Shown: one piece after another, positions 38,901 to 52,870 of the stretch
Layout of the letters: each line of letters opens with the position of its first letter
Position numbering within the stretch: the first letter of the stretch is position 1
Assembly: GCA_964016885.1 (NCBI GenBank)
Contig: OZ024748.1
Location: forward strand, 37,758,001 to 37,822,000
From: Eledone cirrhosa
Taxonomy: Eukaryota
Length of the DNA stretch: 64,000 nt
Direction of reading: 5' to 3'
Translations under genes and position numbers: made by a program
Notes under the pieces: model-generated
The model's input: only the letters and a program-made list of their open reading frames with translations
Databases searched by the model: none
Told to the model about the DNA's origin: nothing

Positions 38901-39850
38901 ATGTTGCGAAGGAGGAAAGTGGTGTGATTAAAAAGAAGGATAAATATAAAGAATGTTGCGAAGGAGGTAAGAGTTGTGATTAAAAAGAAGGAAAAATATA
39001 AAGAATGTTGCGAAGGAGGTAAGTGTTGTGATTAAAAAGAAGGAAAAATATAAAGAATGTTACGAAGGAGGTAAGAGTGGTGATTAAAAAGAAGGAAAAA
39101 TATAAAGAATGTTGCGAAGGAGGTAAGTGTTGAGATTAAAAAGGAGGAAAAATATAAAGAATGTTGCGAAGTAGGTAAGAGTTGTGATTAAAAAGAAGAG
39201 AAAATATAAAGAATGTTGCGAAAGAGGTAAGTGTTGTGATTAAAAAGAAGGAAAAATATAAAGAATGTTGCGAAGTAGGTAAGAGTGTTGATTAAAAAGA
39301 AGGAAAAATATAAAGAATGTTGCGAAGGAGGTAAGTGTTGTGATTAAAAAGAAGGAAAAATATAAAGAATGTTACGAAGGAGGTAAGAGTTGTGATTAAA
39401 AAGAAGGAAAAATATAAAGAAATTTACGAAGGAGGTAAGCGTGGTGATTAAAAAGAAGGTAAACTATAAGAATATCGTGAAGGAGGTAAGTGTTGTGTTT
39501 AAAAAGAAGGAAATATATAAAGGAATTTACGAAGGAGGTTAGAGTGGTGATATAAAAAGAAGGAAAAATATAAAGAATATTGCGAAAGAGGTAAGTGCTG
39601 TGATTAAAAAGAAGAAAAAGTATAAAGAATGTTGCGAAGGAGGTAGTGTTGTGATTAAAAAGAAGGAAAAATATAAAGAATGTTACGAAGGAGGTAAGTG
39701 TTGTGATTAAAAGGAAGGATAAATATAAGGAAATTTACGAAGGAGGTAAGAGTGGTGATTAAAAAGAAGGAAAAATATAAAAATTGTTGCGAAGGAGGTA
39801 AGTGTTGTGATTAAAAAGAAGGAAAAATATAAAGAATGTTGCGAAGGAGG
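32930..39850. repeat. Local HOR family of 35/20/34 monomers (1823, 1044, 1771 bp), marked by an expanded A8-A9 tract
   Basis: GAGAGGGG marker at 33438, 35261, 36305, 38076. The C of GAATATCGTG is at 34838, 37653, 39476 (2815 = 1044+1771, then 1823). Confidence 0.88.
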
Positions 39851-41089
39851 TAAGAGTTGTGATTAAAAAGAAGGAATAATATAAAGAATGTTGCGAAGGA
39901 GGTAAGTGTTGTGATTAATAAGAAGGAAAAATATAGAGAATGTTGCGTAGGAGGTAAGTGTTGTGATTAAAAAGAAGGAAAAATATAAAGAATGTTGCGA
40001 AGGGGGTAAGAGTTGTGATTAAAAAGAAAGAAAATTATTTAGAATGTTGCGAAGGAGGTAAGTGTTGTGAATAAAAAGAAGGAAAAATATAAAGAAAGTG
40101 TTGTGATTAAAAAGAAGGAAAAATATAAAAAATGTTGCGAAGGAGGTAAGTGTTGTGATTAAAAAGAAGGAAAAATATAAAGAATGTTGCGAAGGATGTA
40201 AGTGTTGTGATTAAAAAGAAGGAAAAATATAGAGAATGTTGCGAAGGAGGTAAGTGTTGTGATTAAAAAGAAGGAAAAATATAAAGAATGTTGCGAAGGG
40301 GGTAAGAGTTGTGATTAAAAAGAAAGAAAATTATTTAGAATGTTGCAAAGGAGGTAAGTGTTGTGATTAAAAAGAACGAAAAATATAAAGAATGTTGCGA
40401 AGGAGGTAAGTGTTGTGATTAAAAAGAAGGAAAAATATAAAGAATGTTACGAAGGAGGTAAGAGTTGTGATTAAAAAGAAAGAAAAATATAAATAAAGAA
40501 TGTTGCGAAGGAGGTAAGTGTTGAGATTGAAAAGAAGGAAAAATATAAAGAATGTTGCGAAAGAGGTAAGAGTTGTGATTAAAAAGAAGAGAAAATATAA
40601 AGAATGTTGCGAAGTAGGTAAGAGTGTTGATTAAAAAGAAGGAAAATTATAAAGAATGTTGCGAAGGAGGTAACTGTTGTGATTAAAAAGAAGGAAAAAT
40701 ATAAATAATGTTACGAAGGAGGTAAGAGTTGTGATTAAAAAGAAGGAAAAATATAAAGAAATTTACGAAGGAGTTAAGCGTGGTGATTAAAAAGAAGGTA
40801 AACTATAAAGAATGTTACGAAGGAGGTAAGTGTTGTGATTAAAAAGAAGGATAAATATAAGGAAATTTACGAAGGAGGTAAGAGTGGTGATTAAAAAGAA
40901 GGAAAAATATAAAAATTGTTGCGAAGGAGGTAAGAGTGTTGATTAAAAAGAAGGAAAAATATAAAGAATGTTGCGAAGGAGGTAAGTGTTGTGATTAAAA
41001 AAAAGGAAAAATATACAGAATGTTACGAAGGAGGTAAGTTTTGCGATTAAAAAGAATGAAAAGTATAAAGAATATTGCGAAGGAGGAAA

Positions 41090-43000
41090 GTGTTGTGATT
41101 AAAAAGAAGGATAAATATAAAGAATGTTGCGAAGAAGGTAATTGTTGCAATTAAAAAGAAAGACAAATATAAAGAATGTTGCGAAGGAGGTAAGAGTGGT
41201 GATTAAAAAGAAGGAAAAATATAAAGAAATTTACGAAGGAGGTAAGCGTGGTGATTAAAAAGAAGGTAAACTATAAAGAATATCGTGAAGGAGGTAAGTG
41301 TTGTGTTTAAAAAGAAGGAAAAATATAAAGGAATTTACGAAGGAAGTAAGAGTGGTGATATAAAAAGAAGGAAAAATATAATGAATATTGCGAAAGAGTT
41401 AAGTGCTGTGATTAAAAAGAAGGAAAAATATAAAGAATGTTACGAAGGAGGTAAGAGTTGTGATTAAAAAGAAGAAAAAGTATAAAGAATGTTGCGAAGG
41501 AGGTAGTGTTGTGATTAAAAAGAAGGAAAAATATAAAGAATGTTAAGAAGGAGGTAAGTGTTGTGATTAAAAAGAAGGATAAATATAAGGAAATTTACGA
41601 AGGAGGTAAGAGTGGTGATTAAAAAGAAGGAAAAATATAAAAATTGTGGCGAAGGAGGTAAGTGTTGTGATTAAAAAGAAGGAAAAATATAAAGAATGTT
41701 GCGAAGGAGGTAGTGTTGTGATTAAAAAGAAGGAAAAATATAAAGAATGTTACGAAGGAGGTAAGTATTGTGATTAAAAATAAGGAAAAATATAAAGAAT
41801 GTTGCGAAGGGGGTAAGAGTTGTGATTAAAAAGAAAGAAAATTATTTAGAATGTTGCGAAGGAGGTAAGTGTTGTGAATAAAAAGAAGGAAAAATATAAA
41901 GAAAGTGTTGTGATTAAAAAGAAGTAACAATATAAAGAATGTTGCGAAGGAGGTAAGTATTGTGATTAAAAATAAGGAAAAATATAAAAAATGTTGCGAA
42001 GGAGGTAAGTGTTGTGATTAAAAAGAAGGAAAAATATAAAAATGTTGCGAAGGAGGTAAGTGTTGTGATTAAAAAGAAGGATAAATATAAAGAATGTTGC
42101 GAAGAAGGTAATTGTTGCAATTAAAAAGAAAGACAAATATAAAGAATGTTGCGAAGGAGGTAAGAGTGGTGATTAAAAAGAAGGAAAAATATAAAGAAAT
42201 TTACGAAGGAGGTAAGCGTGGTGATTAAAAAGAAGGTAAACTATAAAGAATATCGTGAAGGAGGTAAGTGTTGTGTTTAAAAAGAAGGAAAAATATAAAG
42301 GAATTTACGAAGGAGGTAAGAGTGGTGATATAAAAAGAAGGAAAAATATAAAGAATATTGCGAAAGAGGTAAGTGCTGTGATTAAAAAGAAGGAAAAATA
42401 TAAAGAATGTTACGAAAGAGGTAAGAGTTGTGATTAAAAAGAAGAAAAAGTATAAAGAATGTTGCGAAGGAGGTAGTGTTGTGATTAAAAAGAAGGAAAA
42501 ATATAAAGAATGTTAAGAAGGAGGTAAGTGTTGTGATTAAAAAGAAGGATAAATATAAGGAAATTTACGAAGGAGGTAAGAGTGGTGATTAAAAAGAAGG
42601 AAAAATATAAAAATTGTTGCGAAGGAGGTAAGTGTTGTGATTAAAAAGAAGGAAAAATATAAAGAATGTTGCGAAGGAGGTAGTGTTGTGATTAAAAAGA
42701 AGGAAAAATATAAAGAATGTTACGAAGGAGGTAAGTATTGTGATTAAAAATAAGGAAAAATATAAAGAATGTTGAGAAGGGGGTAAGAGTTGTGATTAAA
42801 AAGAAAGAAAATTATTTAGAATGTTGCGAAGGAGGTAAGTGTTGTGAATAAAAAGAAGGAAAAATATAAAGAAAGTGTTGTGATTAAAAAGAAGTAACAA
42901 TATAAAGAATGTTGCGAAGGAGGTAAGTATTGTGATTAAAAAGAAGGAAAAATATAAAAAATGTTGCGAAGGAGGTAAGTGTTGTGATTAAAAAGAAGGA
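41090..43000. repeat. Local tandem duplication, 19 monomers including one truncated unit, 970 bp
   Basis: Homologous ORFs at 41285 and 42255. Truncated monomer at ~41902 and ~42872. Confidence 0.85.
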
Positions 43001-46000
43001 AAAATATAAAGAATGTTGCGAAGGAGGTAAGTGTTGTGATTAAAAGGAAGGGAAAATATAAAGAATGTTGCGAAGGAGGTAAGAGTTGTGCTTAAAAAGA
43101 AGGAAAAATATAAAAAAATGTTGCGAAGGAGGTAAGTGTTGTGATTAAAAAGAAGGAAAAATATAAAGAATGTTGCGAAGGAGGTCAGTGTTGTGATTAA
43201 AAGGAAGGGAAAATATAAAGAATGTTGCGAAGGAGGTAAGTGTTGTGATTAAAAAAAGGAAAAATATACAGAATGTTGCGAAGGAGGTAAGTGTTGTGAT
43301 TAAAAAGAATGAAAAATATAAAGAATGTTGCGAAGCAGGATAGTGTTGTGATTAAGAAGAAGGATAAATATAAAGAATGTTGCGAAGAAGGTAATTGTTG
43401 CAATTAAAAAGAAAGACAAATATAAAGAATGTTGCGAAGGAGGTAAGAGTTGTGATTAAAAAGAAGGAAAATATAAAGAATGTTGCGAAGGAGGTAAGAG
43501 TTGTGATTAAAAAGAAGGAAAAATATAAAGAAACTTACGAAGGAGGTAAGAGTTGTGATTAAAAAGAAGGAAAAATATAAAGAATGTTGCGAAGGAGGTA
43601 AGTGTTGTGATTAAAAAGAAGGAAAAATATAAAGAATGTTACGAAGGAGGTAAGAGTGGTGATTAAAAAGAAGGAAAAATATAAAGAATATTGCGAAGGA
43701 GGTAAGTGTTGTGTTTAAAAAGAAGGAAAAATATAAAGAATGTTGCGTAAGAGGTAAGTCTTGTGATTAAAAAGAAGAAAAAATATAAAGAATGATGCGA
43801 AGGGGGTAGAGTTGTGATTAAAAAGAAGGAATAATATAAAGAATGTTGCGAAGGAGGTAAGTGTTGTGATTAAAAAGAAGGAAAAATATAGAGAATGTTG
43901 CGAAGGGGGTAAGAGTTGTGATTAAAAAGAAAGAAAATTATTTAGAATGTTGCGAAGGAGGTAAGTGTTCTGAATAAAAAGAAGGAAAAATATAAAGAAT
44001 GTTGCGAAGTAGGTAACAGTTGTGATTAAAAAGAAGGAAAAATATAAAAAATGTTGCGAATGAGGTAAGTGTTGTGATTAAAAAGAAGGAAAAATATAAA
44101 GGATGTTGCGAAGGAGGTAAGTTTTGTGATTAAAAGGAAGGGAAAATATAAAGAATGTTGCGAAGGAGGTAAGAGTTGTGATTAAAAAGAGGAACAAATA
44201 TAAAAAATGTTGCGAAGGAGGTAAGTGTTGTGATTAACAGGAAGGGAAAATATAAAGAATGTTGCGAAGAAGGTAAGTGTTGTGATTAAAAAAAAGGAAA
44301 AATATACAGAATGTTGCGAAGGAGGTAAGTGTTGTGATTAAAAAGAAGGAAAAATATAAAGAATGTTGCGAAGGAGGAAAGTGTTGTGATTAAAAAGAAG
44401 GATAAATATAAAGAATGTTGCGAAGGAGGTAATTGTTGCAATTAAAAAGAAAGACAAATATAAAGAATGTTGCGAAAGATGTAAGTGTTGTGATTAAAAA
44501 GAAGGAAAAATATAAAGAATGTTGCGAAGCAGGTAAGAGTGTTGATTAAAAAGAAGGAAAAATATAAAGAATGTTGAGAAGGAGGTAAGTGTTGTGATTA
44601 AAAAGCAGGAAAAATATAAAGAATGTTACGAAGTAGGTAAGTGTTGTGATTAAAAAGAAGGAAAAATATAAAGAAATTTACGAAGGAGATAAGAGTAGTG
44701 ATAAAAAGAAGGAAAAATATAAAGAATGTTGCCATGGAGGTAAGTGTTGTGTTTAAAAAAAAGGAAAAATATAAAGATGTTGCGAAAGAGGTAAGTGTTC
44801 TGATTAAAAAGAAGGAAAAATATAAAGAAATTTACGAAGGAGGTAAGTGTTGTGTTTAAAAAGAAGGAAAAATATAAAGATATTGCGAAAGAGTTAAGTG
44901 TTGTGATTAAAAAGAAGGAAAAATATAAAGAATGTTGCGAAGGAGGTAAGTGTGGAGATTAAAAAGAAGGAAAAATATAAAGAAGTTGCGAAGGAGGTAA
45001 GAGTGGTGATAAAAAGAAGGAAAAATATAAAGAATGTTGCGAAGGAGGTAAGTGTTGTGATTAAAAAGAAGAAAAAATATAAAGAATGTTGCGAAGGGGG
45101 TAAGAGTTGTGAATAAAAAGAAAGAAAAATATAAAGAATGATGCGAAGGAGGAAAGTGTTGTGATTTAAAGAAGGACAAATATAAAGAATGTTGCGAAGG
45201 AGGTAAGTGTTGTGTTTAAAAAGAAGGAAAAATATAAAGAAATTTACGAAGGAGGTAAGAGTGGTGATATAAAAAGAAGGAATAATATAAAAATATTGCG
45301 AAAGAGGTAAGTGTTGTGATTAAAAAGAAGAAAAAGTATAAAGAATGTTGCGAAGGAGGTAGTGTTGTGATTAAAAAGAAGGAAAAATATAAAAAATGTT
45401 GCGAAGGAGGTAAGTGTTGTGATTAAAAAGAAGGAAAAATATAAAGAATGTTGCGAAGGAGGTAAGTATTGTGATTAAAAAGAAGGAAAAATATAAAAAA
45501 TGTTGCGAAGGAGGTAAGTGTTGTGATTAAAAAGAAGGAAAAATATAAAGAATGTTGCGAAGGAGGTAAGTGTTGTGATTAAAAGGAAGGGAAAATATAA
45601 AGAATGTTGCGAAGGAGGTAAGAGTTGTGCTTAAAAAGAAGGAAAAATATAAAAAAATGTTGCGAAGGAGGTAAGTGTTGTGATTAAAAAGAAGGAAAAA
45701 TATAAAGAATGTTGCGAAGGAGGTCAGTGTTGTGATTAAAAGGAAGGGAAAATATAAAGAATGTTGCGAAGGAGGTAAGTGTTGTGATTAAAAAAAGGAA
45801 AAATATACAGAATGTTGCGAAGGAGGTAAGTGTTGTGATTAAAAAGAATGAAAAATATAAAGAATGTTGCGAAGCAGGATAGTGTTGTGATTAAGAAGAA
45901 GGATAAATATAAAGAATGTTGCGAAGAAGGTAATTGTTGCAATTAAAAAGAAAGACAAATATAAAGAATGTTGCGAAGGAGGTAAGAGTTGTGATTAAAA

Positions 46001-47930
46001 AGAAGGAAAATATAAAGAATGTTGCGAAGGAGGTAAGAGTTGTGATTAAAAAGAAGGAAAAATATAAAGAAACTTACGAAGGAGGTAAGAGTTGTGATTA
46101 AAAAGAAGGAAAAATATAAAGAATGTTGCGAAGGAGGTAAGTGTTGTGATTAAAAAGAAGGAAAAATATAAAGAATGTTACGAAGGAGGTAAGAGTGGTG
46201 ATTAAAAAGAAGGAAAAATATAAAGAATATTGCGAAGGAGGTAAGTGTTGTGTTTAAAAAGAAGGAAAAATATAAAGAATGTTGCGTAAGAGGTAAGTCT
46301 TGTGATTAAAAAGAAGAAAAAATATAAAGAATGATGCGAAGGGGGTAGAGTTGTGATTAAAAAGAAGGAATAATATAAAGAATGTTGCGAAGGAGGTAAG
46401 TGTTGTGATTAAAAAGAAGGAAAAATATAGAGAATGTTGCGAAGGGGGTAAGAGTTGTGATTAAAAAGAAAGAAAATTATTTAGAATGTTGCGAAGGAGG
46501 TAAGTGTTCTGAATAAAAAGAAGGAAAAATATAAAGAATGTTGCGAAGTAGGTAACAGTTGTGATTAAAAAGAAGGAAAAATATAAAAAATGTTGCGAAT
46601 GAGGTAAGTGTTGTGATTAAAAAGAAGGAAAAATATAAAGGATGTTGCGAAGGAGGTAAGTTTTGTGATTAAAAGGAAGGGAAAATATAAAGAATGTTGC
46701 GAAGGAGGTAAGAGTTGTGATTAAAAAGAGGAACAAATATAAAAAATGTTGCGAAGGAGGTAAGTGTTGTGATTAACAGGAAGGGAAAATATAAAGAATG
46801 TTGCGAAGAAGGTAAGTGTTGTGATTAAAAAAAAGGAAAAATATACAGAATGTTGCGAAGGAGGTAAGTGTTGTGATTAAAAAGAAGGAAAAATATAAAG
46901 AATGTTGCGAAGGAGGAAAGTGTTGTGATTAAAAAGAAGGATAAATATAAAGAATGTTGCGAAGGAGGTAATTGTTGCAATTAAAAAGAAAGACAAATAT
47001 AAAGAATGTTGCGAAAGATGTAAGTGTTGTGATTAAAAAGAAGGAAAAATATAAAGAATGTTGCGAAGCAGGTAAGAGTGTTGATTAAAAAGAAGGAAAA
47101 ATATAAAGAATGTTGAGAAGGAGGTAAGTGTTGTGATTAAAAAGCAGGAAAAATATAAAGAATGTTACGAAGTAGGTAAGTGTTGTGATTAAAAAGAAGG
47201 AAAAATATAAAGAAATTTACGAAGGAGATAAGAGTAGTGATAAAAAGAAGGAAAAATATAAAGAATGTTGCCATGGAGGTAAGTGTTGTGTTTAAAAAAA
47301 AGGAAAAATATAAAGATGTTGCGAAAGAGGTAAGTGTTCTGATTAAAAAGAAGGAAAAATATAAAGAAATTTACGAAGGAGGTAAGTGTTGTGTTTAAAA
47401 AGAAGGAAAAATATAAAGATATTGCGAAAGAGTTAAGTGTTGTGATTAAAAAGAAGGAAAAATATAAAGAATGTTGCGAAGGAGGTAAGTGTGGAGATTA
47501 AAAAGAAGGAAAAATATAAAGAAGTTGCGAAGGAGGTAAGAGTGGTGATAAAAAGAAGGAAAAATATAAAGAATGTTGCGAAGGAGGTAAGTGTTGTGAT
47601 TAAAAAGAAGAAAAAATATAAAGAATGTTGCGAAGGGGGTAAGAGTTGTGAATAAAAAGAAAGAAAAATATAAAGAATGATGCGAAGGAGGAAAGTGTTG
47701 TGATTTAAAGAAGGACAAATATAAAGAATGTTGCGAAGGAGGTAAGTGTTGTGTTTAAAAAGAAGGAAAAATATAAAGAAATTTACGAAGGAGGTAAGAG
47801 TGGTGATATAAAAAGAAGGAATAATATAAAAATATTGCGAAAGAGGTAAGTGTTGTGATTAAAAAGAAGAAAAAGTATAAAGAATGTTGCGAAGGAGGTA
47901 GTGTTGTGATTAAAAAGAAGGAAAAATATA
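42900..47930. repeat. Local HOR, 49 monomers, 2539 bp, two apparently identical copies
   Basis: CCATGG at 44732 and 47271. Identical ORF pairs 43197/45736 and 44907/47446, all offset 2539. Confidence 0.93.
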
Positions 47931-48049
47931 AAGAATGTTACGAAGGAGGTAAGCGTGGTGATTAAAAAGAAGGTGAACTATAAAGAATGTTACGAAGGAG
48001 GTAAGTGTTGTGATTAAAAAGAAGGATAAATATAAGGAAATTTACGAAG

Positions 48050-51000
48050 GAGGTAAGAGTGTTGATTAAAAAGAAGGAAAAATATAAAAAATGTTGCGAA
48101 GGAGGTAAGTGTTGTGATAAAAAAAAAGGAAAAATATAAAGAATGTTGCAAAGTAGGTAAGAGTGTTGATTAAAAAGAAGGAAAAATATAAAGAATGTTG
48201 CGAATGAGGTAAGTGTTGTGATTAAAAAAAAGGAAAAATATACAGAATGTTACGAAGGAGGTAAGTTTTGCGATTAAAAAGAATGAAAAATATAAAGAAT
48301 GTTGCGAAGGAGGAAAGTGTTGTGATTAAAAAGAAGGATAAATATAAAGAATGTTGCGAAGAAGGTAATTGTTGCAATTAAAAAGAAAGACAAATATAAA
48401 GAATGTTGCGAAGGAGGTAAGAGTTGTGATTAAAAAGAAGGAAAATATAAAGAATGTTGCGAAGGAGGTAAGAGTTGGGATTAAAAAGAAGGAAAAATAT
48501 AAAGAATGTTGCGAAGGAGGTAAGAGTGGTGATTAAAAAGAAGGAAAAGTATAAAGAATGTTGCGAAGGAGGTAAGTGTTGAGATTAAAAAGAAGGAAAA
48601 ATATAAAGAATGTTGCGAAGGAGGTAAGAGTTGTGATTAAAAAGAAGAGAAAATATAAAGAATGTTACTAAGGAGGTAAGAGTTGTGATTAAAAAGAAGG
48701 AAAAATATAAAGAAATTTACGAAGGAGGTAAGCGTGGTGATTAAAAAGAAGGTAAACTATAAAGAATATCGTGAAGGAGGTAAGTGTTGTGTTTAAAAAG
48801 AAGGAAAAATATAAAGGAATTTACGAAGGAGGTAAGAGTGGTGATATAAAAAGAAGGAAGAATATAAAGAATATTGCGAAAGAGGTAAGTGCTGTGATTA
48901 AAAAGAAGGAAAAATATAAAGAATGTTACGAAGGAGGTAAGAGTTGTGATTAAAAAGAAGAAAAAGTATAAAGAATGTTGCGAAGGAGGTAGTGTTGTGA
49001 TTAAAAAGAAGGAAAAATAAAAAGAATGTTAAGAAGGAGGTAAGTGTTGTGATTAAAAAGAAGGATAAATATTAGGAAATTTACGAAGCAGGTAAGAGTG
49101 GTGATTAAAAAGAAGGAAAAATATAAAAATTGTTGCGAAGGAGGTAAGTGTTGTGATTAAAAAGAAGGAAAAATATAAAGAATGTTGCGAAGGAGGTAAG
49201 TATTGTGATTAAAAATAAGGAAAAATATAAAGAATGTTGCGAAGGAGGTAAGTGTTGTGATTAAAAAGAAGAAAAAATATAAAGAATGTTGCGAAGGGGG
49301 TAAGAGTTGTGATTAAAAAGAAAGAAAAATATAAAGAATGATGCGAAGGAGGAAAGTGTTGTGTTTTAAAGAAGGACAAATATAAAGAATGTTGCGAAGG
49401 AGGTAAGTGTTGTGTTTAAAAAGAAGGAAAAATATAAAGAAATTTACGAAGGAGGTAAGAGTGGTGATATAAAGAAGGAATAATATAAAAATATTGCGAA
49501 AGAGGTAAGTGTTGTGATTAAAAAGAAGAAAAAGTATAAAGAATGTTGCGAAGGAGGTAGTGTTGTGATTAAAAAGAAGGAAAAATATAAAGAATGTTAC
49601 GAAGGAGGTAAGAGTTGTGATTAAAAAGAAGGAAAAATATAAAGAAATTTACGAAGGAGGTAAGCGTGGTGATTAAAAAGAAGGTGAACTATAAAGAATG
49701 TTACGAAGGAGGTAAGTGTTGTGATTAAAAAGAAGGATAAATATAAGGAAATTTACGAAGGAGGTAAGAGTGGTGATTAAAAAGAAGGAAAAATATAAAA
49801 ATTGTTGCGAAGGAGGTAAGTGTTGTGATTAAAAAGAAGGAAAAATATAAAGAATGTTGCGAAGGAGGTAAGAGTGTTGATTAAAAAGAAGGAAAAATAT
49901 AAAAAATGTTGCGAAGGAGGTAAGTGTTGTGATAAAAAAAAAGGAAAAATATAAAGAATGTTGCAAAGTAGGTAAGAGTGTTGATTAAAAAGAAGGAAAA
50001 ATATAAAGAATGTTGCGAATGAGGTAAGTGTTGTGATTAAAAAAAAGGAAAAATATACAGAATGTTACGAAGGAGGTAAGTTTTGCGATTAAAAAGAATG
50101 AAAAATATAAAGAATGTTGCGAAGGAGGAAAGTGTTGTGATTAAAAAGAAGGATAAATATAAAGAATGTTGCGAAGAAGGTAATTGTTGCAATTAAAAAG
50201 AAAGACAAATATAAAGAATGTTGCGAAGGAGGTAAGAGTTGTGATTAAAAAGAAGGAAAATATAAAGAATGTTGCGAAGGAGGTAAGAGTTGGGATTAAA
50301 AAGAAGGAAAAATATAAAGAATGTTGCGAAGGAGGTAAGAGTGGTGATTAAAAAGAAGGAAAAATATAAAGAATGTTGCGAAGGAGGTAAGTGTTGAGAT
50401 TAAAAAGAAGGAAAAATATAAAGAATGTTGCGAAGGAGGTAAGAGTTGTGATTAAAAAGAAGAGAAAATATAAAGAATGTTACTAAGGAGGTAAGAGTTG
50501 TGATTAAAAAGAAGGAAAAATATAAAGAAATTTACGAAGGAGGTAAGCGTGGTGATTAAAAAGAAGGTAAACTATAAAGAATATCGTGAAGGAGGTAAGT
50601 GTTGTGTTTAAAATGAAGGAAAAATATAAAGGAATTTACGAAGGAGGTAAGAGTGGTGATATAAAAAGAAGGAAAAATATAAAGAATATTGCGAAAGAGG
50701 TAAGTGCTGTGATTAAAAAGAAGGAAAAATATAAAGAATGTTACGAAGGAGGTAAGAGTTGTGATTAAAAAGAAGAAAAAGTATAAAGAATGTTGCGAAG
50801 GAGGTAGTGTTGTGATTAAAAAGAAGGAAAAATAAAAAGAATGTTAAGAAGGAGGTAAGTGTTGTGATTAAAAAGAAGGATAAATATTAGGAAATTTACG
50901 AAGCAGGTAAGAGTGGTGATTAAAAAGAAGGAAAAATATAAAAATTGTTGCGAAGGAGGTAAGTGTTGTGATTAAAAAGAAGGAAAAATATAAAGAATGT

Positions 51001-52870
51001 TGCGAAGGAGGTAAGTATTGTGATTAAAAATAAGGAAAAATATAAAGAATGTTGCGAAGGAGGTAAGTGTTGTGATTAAAAAGAAGAAAAAATATAAAGA
51101 ATGTTGCGAAGGGGGTAAGAGTTGTGATTAAAAAGAAAGAAAAATATAAAGAATGATGCGAAGGAGGAAAGTGTTGTGTTTTAAAGAAGGACAAATATAA
51201 AGAATGTTGCGAAGGAGGTAAGTGTTGTGTTTAAAAAGAAGGAAAAATATAAAGAAATTTACGAAGGAGGTAAGAGTGGTGATATAAAGAAGGAATAATA
51301 TAAAAATATTGCGAAAGAGGTAAGTGTTGTGATTAAAAAGAAGAAAAAGTATAAAGAATGTTGCGAAGGAGGTAGTGTTGTGATTAAAAAGAAGGAAAAA
51401 TATAAAGAATGTTACGAAGGAGGTAAGAGTTGTGATTAAAAAGAAGGAAAAATATAAAGAAATTTACGAAGGAGGTAAGCGTGGTGATTAAAAAGAAGGT
51501 GAACTATAAAGAATGTTACGAAGGAGGTAAGTGTTGTGATTAAAAAGAAGGATAAATATAAGGAAATTTACGAAGGAGGTAAGAGTGGTGATTAAAAAGA
51601 AGGAAAAATATAAAAATTGTTGCGAAGGAGGTAAGTGTTGTGATTAAAAAGAAGGAAAAATATAAAGAATGTTGCGAAGGAGGTAAGAGTGTTGATTAAA
51701 AAGAAGGAAAAATATAAAAAATGTTGCGAAGGAGGTAAGTGTTGTGATAAAAAAAAAGGAAAAATATAAAGAATGTTGCAAAGTAGGTAAGAGTGTTGAT
51801 TAAAAAGAAGGAAAAATATAAAGAATGTTGCGAATGAGGTAAGTGTTGTGATTAAAAAAAAGGAAAAATATACAGAATGTTACGAAGGAGGTAAGTTTTG
51901 CGATTAAAAAGAATGAAAAATATAAAGAATGTTGCGAAGGAGGAAAGTGTTGTGATTAAAAAGAAGGATAAATATAAAGAATGTTGCGAAGAAGGTAATT
52001 GTTGCAATTAAAAAGAAAGACAAATATAAAGAATGTTGCGAAGGAGGTAAGAGTTGTGATTAAAAAGAAGGAAAATATAAAGAATGTTGCGAAGGAGGTA
52101 AGAGTTGGGATTAAAAAGAAGGAAAAATATAAAGAATGTTGCGAAGGAGGTAAGAGTGGTGATTAAAAAGAAGGAAAAATATAAAGAATGTTGCGAAGGA
52201 GGTAAGTGTTGAGATTAAAAAGAAGGAAAAATATAAAGAATGTTGCGAAGGAGGTAAGAGTTGTGATTAAAAAGAAGAGAAAATATAAAGAATGTTACTA
52301 AGGAGGTAAGAGTTGTGATTAAAAAGAAGGAAAAATATAAAGAAATTTACGAAGGAGGTAAGCGTGGTGATTAAAAAGAAGGTAAACTATAAAGAATATC
52401 GTGAAGGAGGTAAGTGTTGTGTTTAAAAAGAACGAAAAATATAAAGGAATTTACGAAGGAGGTAAGAGTGGTGATATAAAAAGAAGGAAAAATATAAAGA
52501 ATATTGCGAAAGAGGTAAGTGCTGTGATTAAAAAGAAGGAAAAATATAAAGAATGTTACGAAGGAGGTAAGAGTTGTGATTAAAAAGAAGAAAAAGTATA
52601 AAGAATGTTGCGAAGGAGGTAGTGTTGTGATTAAAAAGAAGGAAAAATAAAAAGAATGTTAAGAAGGAGGTAAGTGTTGTGATTAAAAAGAAGGATAAAT
52701 ATTAGGAAATTTACGAAGGAGGTAAGAGTGGTGATTAAAAAGAAGGAAAAATATAAAAATTGTTGCGAAGGAGGTAAGTGTTGTGATTAAAAAGAAGGAA
52801 AAATATAAAGAATGTTGCGAAGGAGGTAAGTATTGTGATTAAAAATAAGGAAAAATATAAAGAATGTTGC
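48050..52870. repeat. Local HOR, 35 monomers, 1815 bp, about 2.7 copies
   Basis: The GGG of GAGTTGGGATT is at 48477, 50292, 52107. ORFs start at 48771, 50586, 52401. Confidence 0.93.

Noticed and set aside
40488-40497. 4-bp TAAA duplication (TATAAATAAAGAA)
   Set aside because: It was seen once and is a simple slippage event or sequencing error with no further structure.
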